A stretch of DNA of 63,464 nt, counting the filler, from Cercozoa sp. M6MM (taxonomy: Eukaryota; Protista; Endomyxa: Ascetosporea), in NCBI GenBank assembly GCA_040357565.1. It is 8 parts of 8 records of this genome, joined end to end, with 100 filler letters (N's around TTAATTAATTAA, not from the genome) between each part and the next. Parts side by side here need not be neighbours in the genome. Positions count along the whole stretch, not along the records: positions 1 to 29,511 come from JBDODJ010000134.1; 7 more parts are not named here. One strand, given 5' to 3'. Of the stretch, positions 1 through 12,527 are shown in pieces. A model generated the notes under the pieces. That model saw only the letters and a program-made list of their open reading frames with translations. It ran no database searches and was not told the DNA's origin. The number at the start of each line of letters is the position of its first letter. The stretch's first letter is position 1. A program made the translations under genes and the position numbers.

Positions 1-1631
1 AAACTACCGCAGCGACTGCAGCGCGCGCCACGGCGGAGTCCAGCCGCACTTGGGCCGACGTTCCGCCGGTGCCGCCGTCTTGCTCTGTCCGGCTACCTCC
101 TGGGGGACGGGGGTAAGGGGTAGTAGGAGAGTAGGGGTAGGGGCATGAGGGTAGGGGGGTAAGAAGGGTAGGGGGGCAAGAAGGGCAGGGGGGTAAGAAG
201 GGGGGTATAACTACCGGCAGAGGTGGCGGCGGCGACGGCGGCAGTTCTTGTAGCCACAACAGATCGCGCACACCGCGAATCAGCGGCACGTGCAAGAAGG
301 CGTCGATCTTGGGCACAGCGCTCACGACCTCATGCTGACCTGATCGATCAGCTCGATCAAAATGATCATGTGATTGATCGTATGAGTGATCATGTGATCG
401 ATCAAGTGACCACTCGGAGGAAGCCACCTCATGCAACAGTGCCTGAGCGTCGGCGATCGAGACCACTGGCACCTCGAGTTGCGACGCCAACATCGGCGCC
501 AGCACCACGTACCTGCGTGTAGGCACGGTTTACCCCTCTGTTTACCCCCCCTCTCTACCCTAGGAAGAAACGCACTGGTGGAAAGCTTCGTGCGCGACAG
601 AGTGCGCATCGACCGGCGACTCGAGCACGAGTCGGCGCACGGCGTCGGCCAGCACAGGCGCCAGCTGCAGCGCCGTCGCGCGACATGCGTGACTCAGCGA
701 GCGCAGCTTGGCAAAGTCCGGCACGAACTGCTCGTCGTACAGGAAGGAGCGCACCACGTCGCTCAACATTCGCTGCAGCTCCTGCGCCGCACTGTCGCTT
801 TCGCTTTCGCTTTTGCTTTCGCTTTCGCTTTCGCTTCGAGCTGCGCTTTCGCTTTCACGCTCACTTTCACGGTCGCTTTCGCGTTTGCTTTCGCCTTCGC
901 TTCTGCTTCGAGCTGCGTTTTCGCTTTGAGCTGCGCTTTCGCTTTGAGCGGCACTTTCGCTTCGAGCGGCACTTTCGCTTTGAGCGGCACGTTCGCGCGG
1001 ATTTCGATTTTCGCTTTGCTTCGAAGTGCGAGTTTCGCTTCGATTTCGAGTGGCGCTCTGCGACGATTTTTGCAGCGCGAGGATTTCCATCACCTGCTCT
1101 CGCACAGTCGCGTCGTTGAAGAATGCAGCAGCTTCTTCGAAGACAGGGTTGCCTGACTCGGCGCAGATCGACTTGTCGCTTAGACTTTCCAAGTCGTGCT
1201 GCTCCAATCGCAGAGCGAAACATAAAGCGAAACACACGCAAATCAAAAAGCAAAACAGAGCGAAACAAAGCGAAAAGCGAAGCATGAAAAGCGAAACACG
1301 CTACAAGCGAAAGGCGTCCGCCGACAGAGATGGCGAGATCGATGATTGGCAGCGTGAGCGCCGACAGGCAGCGAAACGCAGCCGGTGGCACAAACACCAC
1401 AGCTTGCATGTCGGACACGTCGTCAAACAGATCGACTGTGATGTGTTTGGCTGCTTCCATTGCGAGCTGGTGCGGCGACTCTTTCGCCTTGCCTGACGAC
1501 GCTTTCGCTCTCTTCGCCGAACTGCGACGCTTCGCTTTTCGCGACTGCGTCTGTCCGCGATGCCGCCCGCTCTTGCGAGCGTTGCGCCGCCGAGGCATCC
1601 CGCTAGCACACCTCCGTTCTACTACATCCAT
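1..1631 (-). CDS. Hypothetical protein, 3'-truncated; basic N-terminus and Ser-Glu-Ser-Ala-Ala repeat region
   Basis: ORFs 867..1703 and 560..1285 splice via GT..AG into MPRRRNARK...ITVDLFDDVSDMQ...SESAA repeats...QELQRMLSDVVRSFLYDEQFVPDF...HQYVVLAPML...DLLWLQELPPSPPPPLP. No family recognised. Confidence 0.6.
790..1050 (-). repeat. Coding minisatellite (AGCGAAAGC-based) encoding SESAA/SESE
   Basis: Visible (GCTTTC)n and 18-bp units on the + strand. Confidence 0.85.
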
Positions 1632-2017
1632 CAGAACTTGCAGAATTGGTGGATATTGGAGATAACTGTAACATTGCAGGTTGAGGAGAAACGCAAGAAG
1701 CAATCACAGCACATTTGAAGAACAAGAACTCACAACGAGTATGCCAAGGCGCAATTAAACGTATCCGCACGCACAGTCCGCGGTACTTACGTTGGTCAAC
1801 GCCGTAGATCGTGCGGCACGACTAAAAATCCGTATTGCCTAACTAAAAATAAAGCAAAGTCCCGCCGGCGCTCCATAACTTTTGTGGATTGTGAGCGCTA
1901 ACGACGTTCGCAAGCTTGTGAGAGAGTGTCTAAGTAGGCTTTGCTTTGGCAGTGTTATGATTTGGAGATCGTGAGTTTCTTCCAGGTGGATTATAATGAT
2001 TGTTTTAGGCGCGCACG

Positions 2018-2117
2018 ATGTCAATGTACGACGAAGACATCGACTACGATCCACGACGGCCAGAAGATGCGCTCTATCGCGTAGGTTGTCTCATGTGTGT
2101 GTGTGTGTGGGTGTGTT

Positions 2118-2148
<31 letters not shown>

Positions 2149-5100
2149 TGGAAGAGATTGAATGAGATGGAATGAGATAGAGCGCAATGAGTCAGATGGC
2201 CAACTGGACTGTTTGTTTGTCTCGATCAGAGCAAGGAGGACAAGATGCGCCTCATGGCCATGAAGGAAATCGAGCGCGAAAGTATCCTGGCCAGGCGTGA
2301 GCAACAGCATGTTCACGAGCAAGACCTTCAACGTGCACTGCGCAAGTCTCACGACGTAATAATTTATTTATTTTCGCTGTTTGATCGATGTTTGCGTTTC
2401 TCCAAAAAAAAAACGCGTTTCTCTTGCTTTGCAGGTTTTAATTTTAAGTGAACCTTTTGACGTATTGGACAGGACGGTTTCTCCTCGGAGGACGACGAGG
2501 ACGAGCTCGTGCGTCGCTCGGTGAAGAATCAGCGCGCCGAGGAAGAAGAAGAAGACGAGGATTTCCAGCTTGCCGATGATGACGGCTTGAGTGGTCTCTC
2601 TCATGCCGTTTCTCTCTCTTTCCGCGTGGACGGTACCGAGTCAGTTTTTACACTGCCTTTTCGTCGTTAGATGACAACTTGGACCTCGAGGAGGAAGAAG
2701 AGTACGTCGAAGTGGTCCAAGAACCGTCCGAAAAGAAGCGAAAGTTCGCAGCTCCTGCTCCGAGAACTTCGTACGAGGCACCCGCGATCAAAGTGGTACC
2801 GTCGCTTTCTCTTGCTTCAGTTCAAGGATTCGCTATTTCGAAGCAAAAGGCTTTGGCGATTTCGCACTTTTCTAAGCAAAGCTTTGCTTGTTTTGAAATT
2901 TTCGAAAAGGAGTTTAGTGATTTCACAAAATTCGAAGCAAAGCTTTGGTGATTTCAAAATTTGGAGCAAAGCTCTGATGATTTCAAAAAATTCGAAGCAA
3001 TGCTTTGGTGATTTCAAAATTTATAGCTTTCGTGATTTCAAAAATTTGAAGCAAAGCTTTGGTGACTTCGAAAGAAGTGAAAGTGGTTGCGCAGATTCGG
3101 AAGAACACGCCGCCGACGTTGAAGAGTCTGCGGGATTTGCAGGTGCTTCGCGATGAGCTTTGGGGTACGTCTTTGTTGTTTGGTGAGGAGGGACTGCTGT
3201 GAGAAACCTTGAGTGTGGAGAAACCTTGGGTGTGGAGAAACGCTGCGTGGCAACATACAGAGATGCAACGACTGCCGTACATGAGTGCGATGCTGTCGCA
3301 CAATGGCAGCGTGGCCCAGCAGAAGCAGAATCGACTGGGCCGTTTCGTTCGCGTTGGCACAGGCACGCCCGGCGTCTATCGCGTCTGCGAGATTCTCGAG
3401 GTCGACTGTGAGAAGCTGCCGCCCTACAAGGTGTGTCTTACCCCCCTGTTTGCCCCCCTGTTTGCCCCCCTACTTACCACGAGTGATGGCCGCGTGCTGA
3501 CCAGTCGGTCGAAACTGGGACTCAAAGTCACCTGCGGCAACGAGCGTTTCTGGACCTCTGCGTTGGAAGTGTACCCCCTTGCCTCCTTGTCCCCTTGCCC
3601 CCTTGCCCTTGTCCCTATGCTTTCATACCCCTATGCTTTCATGCCCCCTTCCCTCAGGTCAAACGGAGCCTTTGAAGAGGCCGATATGGATCGGTGGTTG
3701 CGTCGCTTCTCGCCGGATCACCGTCCTTCGAAGGAAGATGTGTGTTTACTTTACCCCCTACCCTACCCCTACCCCCTTATTCCCTTGGTGGTGCAGCTGG
3801 AACTGGCACTCACACTGTCAGACAAGGTGCAGACGGACTACTCCGTGATGCACAACGCGCGTCAACGCTCGCGTGCCAGTGTCTACCAGTTCATGGACAT
3901 GCAGCAACAGTCCTCTTACGGTAGCATCCAACAGGGTCGAAGGGTGGGGGGGTAAACTGGGGGGCATGACTCCTGTCACACGCAGTGGCGGAAAAGGCGC
4001 ACTTGAAAGCTGCCATCGCACAGCGCATTCTCGCGCAGAAGCATGAGGAAAAAGACGAAGCTCGAAAGAAGGCGCAGGTATTTGGCTTTGCTTTTCTGTT
4101 GAGTTGCTTCGAGTTGAGTTGAGTTGAGTTGAGTTGAGTTGAGTTGAGTTGCTTTGAGTTGAGTTGAGTTGCTTTGAGTTGAGTTGCTTTGAGTTGAGTT
4201 GAGTTGCTTTGAGTTGAGTTGAGTTGAGTTGCTTTGCTCCAGGCCTTTGCAAGGGCGGCGAAACTCGAGCGGCAGCGGCGTTCGCGAAAGCTGTCGCCGG
4301 AGCAGCTCGAGCAGCAGAAGCGAGCCGTGGAAGAACTCGAAGCGATGGCCAAAGCGATGCTGCAGCATGACTTTCAGCCCAAACAAGTCTCGGCGCTGCC
4401 GTGCCGCTTTGCGTAGCTTTGCCGCTCTCTTACCCCCCTTTTGTTAGCCCCGCCCCCGGGGGGGGGCGAGAGACAGAGGAAACGCGGCAGGTGCGACGAA
4501 TGCCGCTGCTGTGCGGCGCCGTTTCGCAGGCGCGCATCGATCCGCAGCGATTCGACAAGGACGAAGCGGCGCAGCACTTGCTCGAAATCGCGTTTCTGCA
4601 CGGTGAGACTTGCGCTTTCACTCGAAATAGCTTTGCTTTGACTTGAAATAGCTTTGCTTTGACTCGAAATAGCTTTGCTTTGACTTGAAATAGCTGAAAT
4701 AGCTTTGTTTTGACTCGAAAGAGCTTTGCTTTGACTCGAAATTCCTTGCACTTGGGCAGAGGACACGCCGGACAGCCTGAAGTTTCCGAAGGAACTGGTG
4801 AAGCGTCTGTTGCCGCATTTGTCGGAAGGAGAGACGCCGTCGCTGCAGGCGATGCTGGACGCTTTCCAGGCCTTGCAGCCGATGAGTCAGGTGCCGATCA
4901 ACTTTGACTGGGCACATGCCAGCAAGAGTGACGTCGTGCTGGAGCCACGCACGCGTTCGCGTCGCTTCCGCTCTCGTTCGCACAGGTATGCTAAGTTGAG
5001 AAGCTTGCTTTGAGTTGAAAAGCTTTGCTTTGGAAAAGCTTTGCTTTGAGTTGAAAAGCTTTGCTTTGAGTTGAAAGCTTTGCTTTGAGTTGAAAAGCTT

Positions 5101-5490
5101 TGGATGAGCAGTCGCGACCGAAGCGAGCGCAGCGGAGGTTCGCGCTTCTCGTCGCGTCCGCCGCCGCCGATGCCGCCAGTGTCGCGTCCGCCGCCGCCGG
5201 CTCCACCTGCAGCTTCGAATACTTCGAGCACTTCGAGTGCTGCTTCGGGTCGCTTCGAGTCCACTCGCTTCAGCGACGAACCGCGTCGCGACTCTCCTCG
5301 CAGCGAGGATCGCTACCACAGAAGCAGCAGCGGTGGCTACGCGAGTCAGCAGGCTCCTCCTCCGCCTCCTCCTCCTGTTGGTGCTGCTCCTCCTACGAGT
5401 CGCTTTAGCGACGGGCCGTCCGACTCGCATAAATCGTCGTCGCGTTTCTCTTCCGGTCCGCGCAGTTCACGCTTCAGCGATCATCGCTAA
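2018..5490 (+). CDS. RTF1: Rtf1-like Paf1 complex subunit (Plus3 domain), multi-exon
   Basis: N-terminal DALYR|SKEDKMRLMAMKEIERESILARRE matches the Rtf1 histone-modification-domain pattern. Plus3 signature GRFVRVGTG..VYRVCEILEV..PYKV..LGLKVTCG..SNGAFEEADMDRW. Followed by a coiled coil and an R/S/P-rich tail; TAA ends at 5490. Confidence 0.8.
2830..3075 (+). repeat. Intronic ~30-bp minisatellite (TTCGAAGCAAAGCTTTGGTGATTTCAAAA-like)
   Basis: Several degenerate tandem copies inside an Rtf1 intron. Confidence 0.8.
4098..4237 (+). repeat. Intronic (TTGAG)n array interrupted by TTGCT
   Basis: Directly visible. Confidence 0.95.
4610..5102 (+). repeat. Two intronic ~20-bp minisatellites (GCTTTGCTTTGACTCGAAATA at 4610-4742; AAGCTTTGCTTTGAGTTGAA at 5000-5102)
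   Basis: Directly visible tandem copies. Confidence 0.9.
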
Positions 5491-5649
5491 TTGCCTTCGG
5501 TTTTAGTGTGTGTTCACAAGTACAAGCAGTTCAAATTTAAAAAGGGCATAAACTTGACACGACATCGTTTTGTTTTAAAACAAAACTCGGCAACAAACAG
5601 TCGCTAACCTAACAATTGCGTCTGTGTATCGTTGTGCTCACGCAGTGGA

Positions 5650-7110
5650 GATGCCAAAGGCGCCGCGTGATGCCACATGGCATGCGTTGGAACAAAAGAG
5701 ATTGTTCAAGGACGCGGAGGAACGCTTCTCGTGTAGACACTTCCTTTGTGTGTGTTTTGGAGGAAGTTGTTGGTGTGTCATGACTCGAACTCTGTCGTGT
5801 AGCAAGTCTGCACCCGAGCGATGAGAACGGCTTGGTTGTTCGGTGAGTAAATGAGTGATTTCTTAGTAGTGTGAAGTAGCAGGTTGGACTGATTGGCTTG
5901 CGCAGCGATGTCGACGGCGTCGCCATGAAACAGCACTGCGACGAAGCCGCCGTGTGGCGACAAACGCTCGCACAGCGCGTTTTCCGGCCCGTGTGCACAT
6001 GGCAGCAGCTGCGTCACTCGCGTGTACCACTTTGTGTCTTGAGCTCTGTGTCTTGAGCTCTGTGTGATCCCTTGCTTTCAGACGGTCGAAGAAGGCACTC
6101 TCAGCATGCAGGAAGAGATCCTGAAGCGGTAGACTAAAGTTCTGCTGCGTTGCACAAGTGTTTAATTCTTAGTTTGCGGATGGAGCAGTGCCGCCCAGAT
6201 CGAACTCCTGTCGGCGGTGGGTCTCGCCTTGGCCATGCCGGACGAAGCGATCGCATCGGCAGCGCACTTCTTTCACACTGTACAACAGCAACACACTTTG
6301 TTAGTTGTGTCTTCTTTTTCTATCTTGATTGAACTGGGTAGTTCTACCACCGAGTGTCGTTTCGCGACGTTGATCGTAGTTTTTCTGAAGAGCTAATCTG
6401 CCTGCAGGCAAGGTAGATGACTGCTGTGGGCAGCTGAGGATACGGTGTGCGCCTGTCTGCTACTGTCGTCGAAACTGAACGAGTGCCGTCTCTCGTCGCG
6501 CAACGGCGGCGCCAAACGAATTCGCGAGCTGCGAAAAACCATGGGCCGTCGCGGAAAGTACAGTTCGCACTTCTACTTTGTGGGGACTCTGTTTGGCATT
6601 ACTTTCGTTCCTTTTTTGCGTCAGAAAAATCGGTGTTGTCGAAGAGATTGACGAGAAACTCGTCTCGCACGATGAGCCCGACAGTAGCGTTTCTCCGCAT
6701 TGTACAACAATGCCTGTGTGACATGCTTGTTCTTTTGCAGACACTGCGAAATCGCAAAATGTCGAGGAAGCGCTGCAGAAACAAATGTAGCGCGAGTTTT
6801 CACAGAAAATGATTTGTGAGAGAAATTCGGCGCATTTTGCAGCGAGCGAGTCGAATATTCAGTGTCGCGACAGAACGTGTTCGATGCTACCTACACGCCT
6901 CCGCATCGGTTGCGACGTTTTCTTGTTCTGTTTTTGCGCGGCACTCTCGACGTGTGTTCCTTCTGTGTGTGTCCGCAGGTGGATTTTTCTGGCGATCGGT
7001 CACTTGATTCAGTACATCTGCAACGTTCTGCCGCTGCGGTACCTCATTTTTTGCTTGTCAACTTTGCTATCTCACTTTAATGCTACTCGACTCGTGTTCT
7101 ATTTTTTGTG

Positions 7111-7158
<48 letters not shown>

Positions 7159-7168
7159 NNNNNNNNNN

Positions 7169-7218
<50 letters not shown>

Positions 7219-7874
7219 GCGTTGCAGACGTCAGTGCACACTCACGCGATACCTGAGCGTTGCCTTCTCGCTGCTGCACCAATCACTGCGCGCCCCACTT
7301 TCGCTTGTCGGTGCGTTCTTGCAACTCAGTTCTCGAAAATCGAAAACAAAGAAAACGACGCTTTTCAAAGCAAAAATGAAATGGAATTGTGCTGAACAGC
7401 TCCGCCACAGCATATTGCACTGACATGTGTCGAACTGGCGCTGCGACATGAGGTGTTGTTGCGTGGGGATGAGGTATCTTGCCGAAACTGCCTTCCGCGC
7501 GGATGTGGGAAAGTATGGATTTCCGATTTTTCTTTAACTTGCAAAATTGCAGGAACATCTGGAAGCGGTGTTGCGACCACCGCGTGACTGGTACACGCTG
7601 TTGGATGAAACTTGCAACGAGGAGCAAGTCGCACGCATTGCAAAGTGAGGCTAATTGAGTTTTTTTTTAATTGAATGCGTTTTTTGTGATACAGCATTTG
7701 TGTGTTTGCAGAGTGATTGTTTCGGTGTGCGACTTTGCGTCGAACGAGCTGCTGCGGCGACGGCACAAGAAAGCGCAAAAAAACGACGCGCCGCAGCAGA
7801 AGCGGTACCAAGTGCCGCCTCGCGACCTGCTGCAACCGCGCACTGCTGAACCTCTGTACAGTGTCTCTGCTTGA
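5650..7874 (+). CDS. Transcriptional cyclin (cyclin K/L/T-like), multi-exon
   Basis: Spliced cyclin box VGLALAMPDEAIASAAHFFH..FYHRVSFRDVD..CACLLLSSKLNE. Second fold AFSLLHQSLRAPLSL..APPQHIALTCVELALR. Confidence 0.65.
7112..7217 (+). repeat. (TG)n microsatellite with a 10-N gap
   Basis: Directly visible. Confidence 0.95.
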
Positions 7875-8515
7875 CTTGTTGATATCAATGGATTAGCTCC
7901 GAGGCTAATTGAGTCCTGGATTAGCTCCGAGGAGTGTGCCTACTTTTTCGAGAGCACCAACGAGCAGACGTCGGTCGAGCAGTACAGGGAGCGCCTGCCG
8001 TGAGTCACCGGTTGAAACGGGAGCGGCTCATGCGAACCTACGCATGCCTGCGTGAACAGACGAGAACGTTGTTTTACGTTCGGTTAGAGTACGTTTGCAA
8101 TGTCGATTTACGTTCAGTTAGAGTACGTTTGCAACGTCGCGTTACGTTAGATTATATTGAGACAGACTCAAATTATGCGGGCTGCTCCGCGCGGATCGGA
8201 TGAACCAAATTAACTGAAACCTAGGCTGGCCAGGACTTCCCTTTCGACGCCGATTCTGTTGTTCTCACAATTTCAGGGAAAGAACACTCTGCTGAAAGCT
8301 GAAGCGCACGGGAAAAACCAGGCAGTGTTTACAGGGACCTGTTTTACCACTGTTGAGAGCCGTAGTAAATCTTGAGGGTAAACTTAGAACAGTCAAACTA
8401 TTCGAACTGTACACTATACAATCAGTTGCGTGAGCGAAGTCAATGAGCGCCTAAGTGCGGTCGACTGGGCTCCAAGAGACTCCGGTGCTCTGCGAGCAGC
8501 GAGCAGTGACTCGAC

Positions 8516-9889
<1,374 letters not shown>

Positions 9890-10341
9890 TGTGATGCGTG
9901 TGTGATGTAATGAAACAATCAAAACAAAGTGTGATGAGAGAGCCTCGTTGCGCCGAAACGCGTGCCTCCTTTGCGGAAACTGCCCAAAGCGCGTGCTCGA
10001 TTTCTTTGCCGTTTTTGCCGGCTGTGGTGCTTTATATCGAATTTAAGTGCCGGTCCTAGGCGTGCATAATACATCCCTACATACTGAGCATACTGAACAC
10101 TTTCTACAAAAGGCAAAACTGTTGGGGATCGAAATGTACAAAAAACAGTCGTTTTGTACCATAGCCACAGTGCTCGAAACGGGTTTCTATGTTTGTGCAG
10201 ACCTTTAAGCACTTTCACGCGCTAGAGTTAACTAATAACTACGCCTACTGAGAGCAGGCAGTTAGGTAGGTTGTATTACAGGAATTAGCGTTACTTGAAT
10301 GGTCATTGAGAGGGCTGGGAGTGTGACTCACTGGAAAGCAA

Positions 10342-12024
10342 TCAGTAATCGCCGCTGAGGTCGACGAGGCCGCGGATGTTGGCTGCATCACCGGCGGCAA
10401 ATTTCTCCAGATTCGCCGCGAACACGTGTGCCACATCTGTTGCATATATCAGTCGTTTTTCAAACATTAGCGAGTGGAAGTACCGCTGGGGGTGCTCATG
10501 GCCGACACATGCGGCGTGAGTGTCACTTTCGGATGCTGCCATGCAGCGTTATCGCTGGGAAGCGGCTCTTGATCCCAGACGTCCACAATGGCATGGCTCA
10601 GGTCTGCCGCACACAAGCAGGAGTGACAAGTCACACGCATTGACTGACTGGTCAAGAAAGAACAGAGTGTACAATCCGAGTCAAGCAGGTGCAACAAATG
10701 CGAGGTCGAAATCAACGAGCCACGACCCACATTGACGAGAACAGGGCGCGATTCCTTGAGTGCTTCCATCACGACGCCACCTTCCTGTAATTTTCAAAAA
10801 TATCGTAGTCATCACATTGACTGAAACATTCTAGTTTACCAGGAGTGCCTCAGTACTTGGAGTGTGAGGCAACACAGACACCAAGTAGTCCGGCTTTTGC
10901 TCCTGCAGTGTCAAAATGCACCAACAGTCCATCGATACACAAAGCAACTCACGCGAAGCAAGCTTGCAACAGCAGTCTGCAACTGCTGCTTTTCGGTGTC
11001 GCCTGGCATCTCTTGCGTCACATAGACCTTCTCCAGCTGTCGCGATTTGCCGCTCGAGCGTGCAACACCACTCACGTCACTCCCGAGCAGTTTGAAACAT
11101 TCAGCAACCTATTTCGAAAGCACAAAACGCTCATCCGCGCGGATATGAGAAACCACCCGAAACTGCAAGATACGCACCGAGTTGCCGATGCTACCAAGAC
11201 CGATAACCGCAACTTTTACGTCTCGCTACACATCAAGACAAGTTAGAACTGAGGTGCAAGTGGTCCACAATGAAGCTTGACTCACCAAGAGACGGTAGCT
11301 GTACGCATCAGCACTCAGAGCAGGTCCAAGCCACTGGTGCTGCTTTTGTGCGTGGTGCAAACGATGCCACTGTCGCTCACGATCAAGCACAGCGCACAGC
11401 ACAAACTCGCGCATGTGCACACCAAAGTCGCTGCGAAAGCAAAAAATAAACAAAACTGACTCAGACGACTGAATTTTGCTCTGAGATTTTGAGATTTTGG
11501 CGTACTGTGCGAAGCGAGCAAAGACAAAATTGCGTTCATGGGCGTCAAACGTGCGTGTGTGTTTCAGAAACGCATCAACACCGGCGAACGGCGATTGGAC
11601 GAACTTTTGCTTACCCTGGGTCAGCCCAATCAGTCGATCATTCAGCAGCTTGGGTGTGAAAAATACAAGAAACGCCAGATCGCTGATATGCTACCTCATC
11701 GGTGTGAAGCAGGTCCACAACGTGAGTGAAACAGTGTGGTGAAATCAACAAAGCGTCGGACTCTTTCACAGTTTGCCGAGCGAGCTCGATGCGTTCTTCG
11801 CTTGGTGTGTCACATTGATCCCACTTCACGAGGCCTGCAGGCATTTAAATACGCCCAAAACACCAAGATGTGTTTGTTAAGGTGGCACATACGATGCACT
11901 GGCATACGTTGCGCTACGGCATCGCACAAGGAGCCTGCACAGAGCAAACAAATAATCCACCTCGCACTTATTCCTCAATCAAAATGAATCAACCTGCAGC
12001 AACGCAAGACACTCTAAGTTGCAT
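10342..12024 (-). CDS. D-isomer-specific 2-hydroxyacid dehydrogenase (GhrA-like)
   Basis: KFVQSPFAGVD, Rossmann motif VAVIGLGSIG, LVNVGRGS, VDVWDQEPLP, WQHPKVTLTPHVSA (catalytic R/E/H), and C-terminus GLVDLSGDY*. Confidence 0.88.
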
Positions 12025-12193
12025 TTTAAATCCTTTAAAGTATGTGTGGGTCAGTAACGCGACTGCTTGCGCGCTCACGCTAAACCGCACCCTTAAACAT
12101 TGGCGCCAAATCGTCTCTGTGATAGATTGAGGCGCTGTGTGCACGTGCTGTGAGCTACTGTGTGCGAAAAAACCTCCGCCCGCCCGCCTAAAA

Positions 12194-12472
12194 ATGGTTC
12201 TGGCGACATTACGGCGGGACCCGAGATTCCTCCGGCTCGGTCAAGCGCAGGACAACACCGTCGACCTCGTCGAGGACGCCCTCGAAGACATCGTACGCAG
12301 CAGTTTGTGTGTCATGCGTTGTGTTGTAATGTGCTTCTTGTAAGCAGTGTGAAAAGGACTCGCTGTCGTCGCACCAGCTGGTGACTGATCTCGCCAGACT
12401 CGGCGTTGGCAACAGCGACGACAACATCGATGTTGACGACATCGTCGACAGCAGCGATTCGGTTTGTTACTT

Positions 12473-12527
<55 letters not shown>

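Noticed and set aside
3818-4386. Minus-strand ORFs with NSTQL repeats and other repeat-derived ORFs (poly-CV, HT, ER, LS, PPCL)
   Set aside because: They are translations of intronic microsatellites or antisense shadows of real exons.
2830-5102. CRISPR-like arrays
   Set aside because: These are tandem repeats without unique spacers, inside spliceosomal introns, and there are no cas genes.
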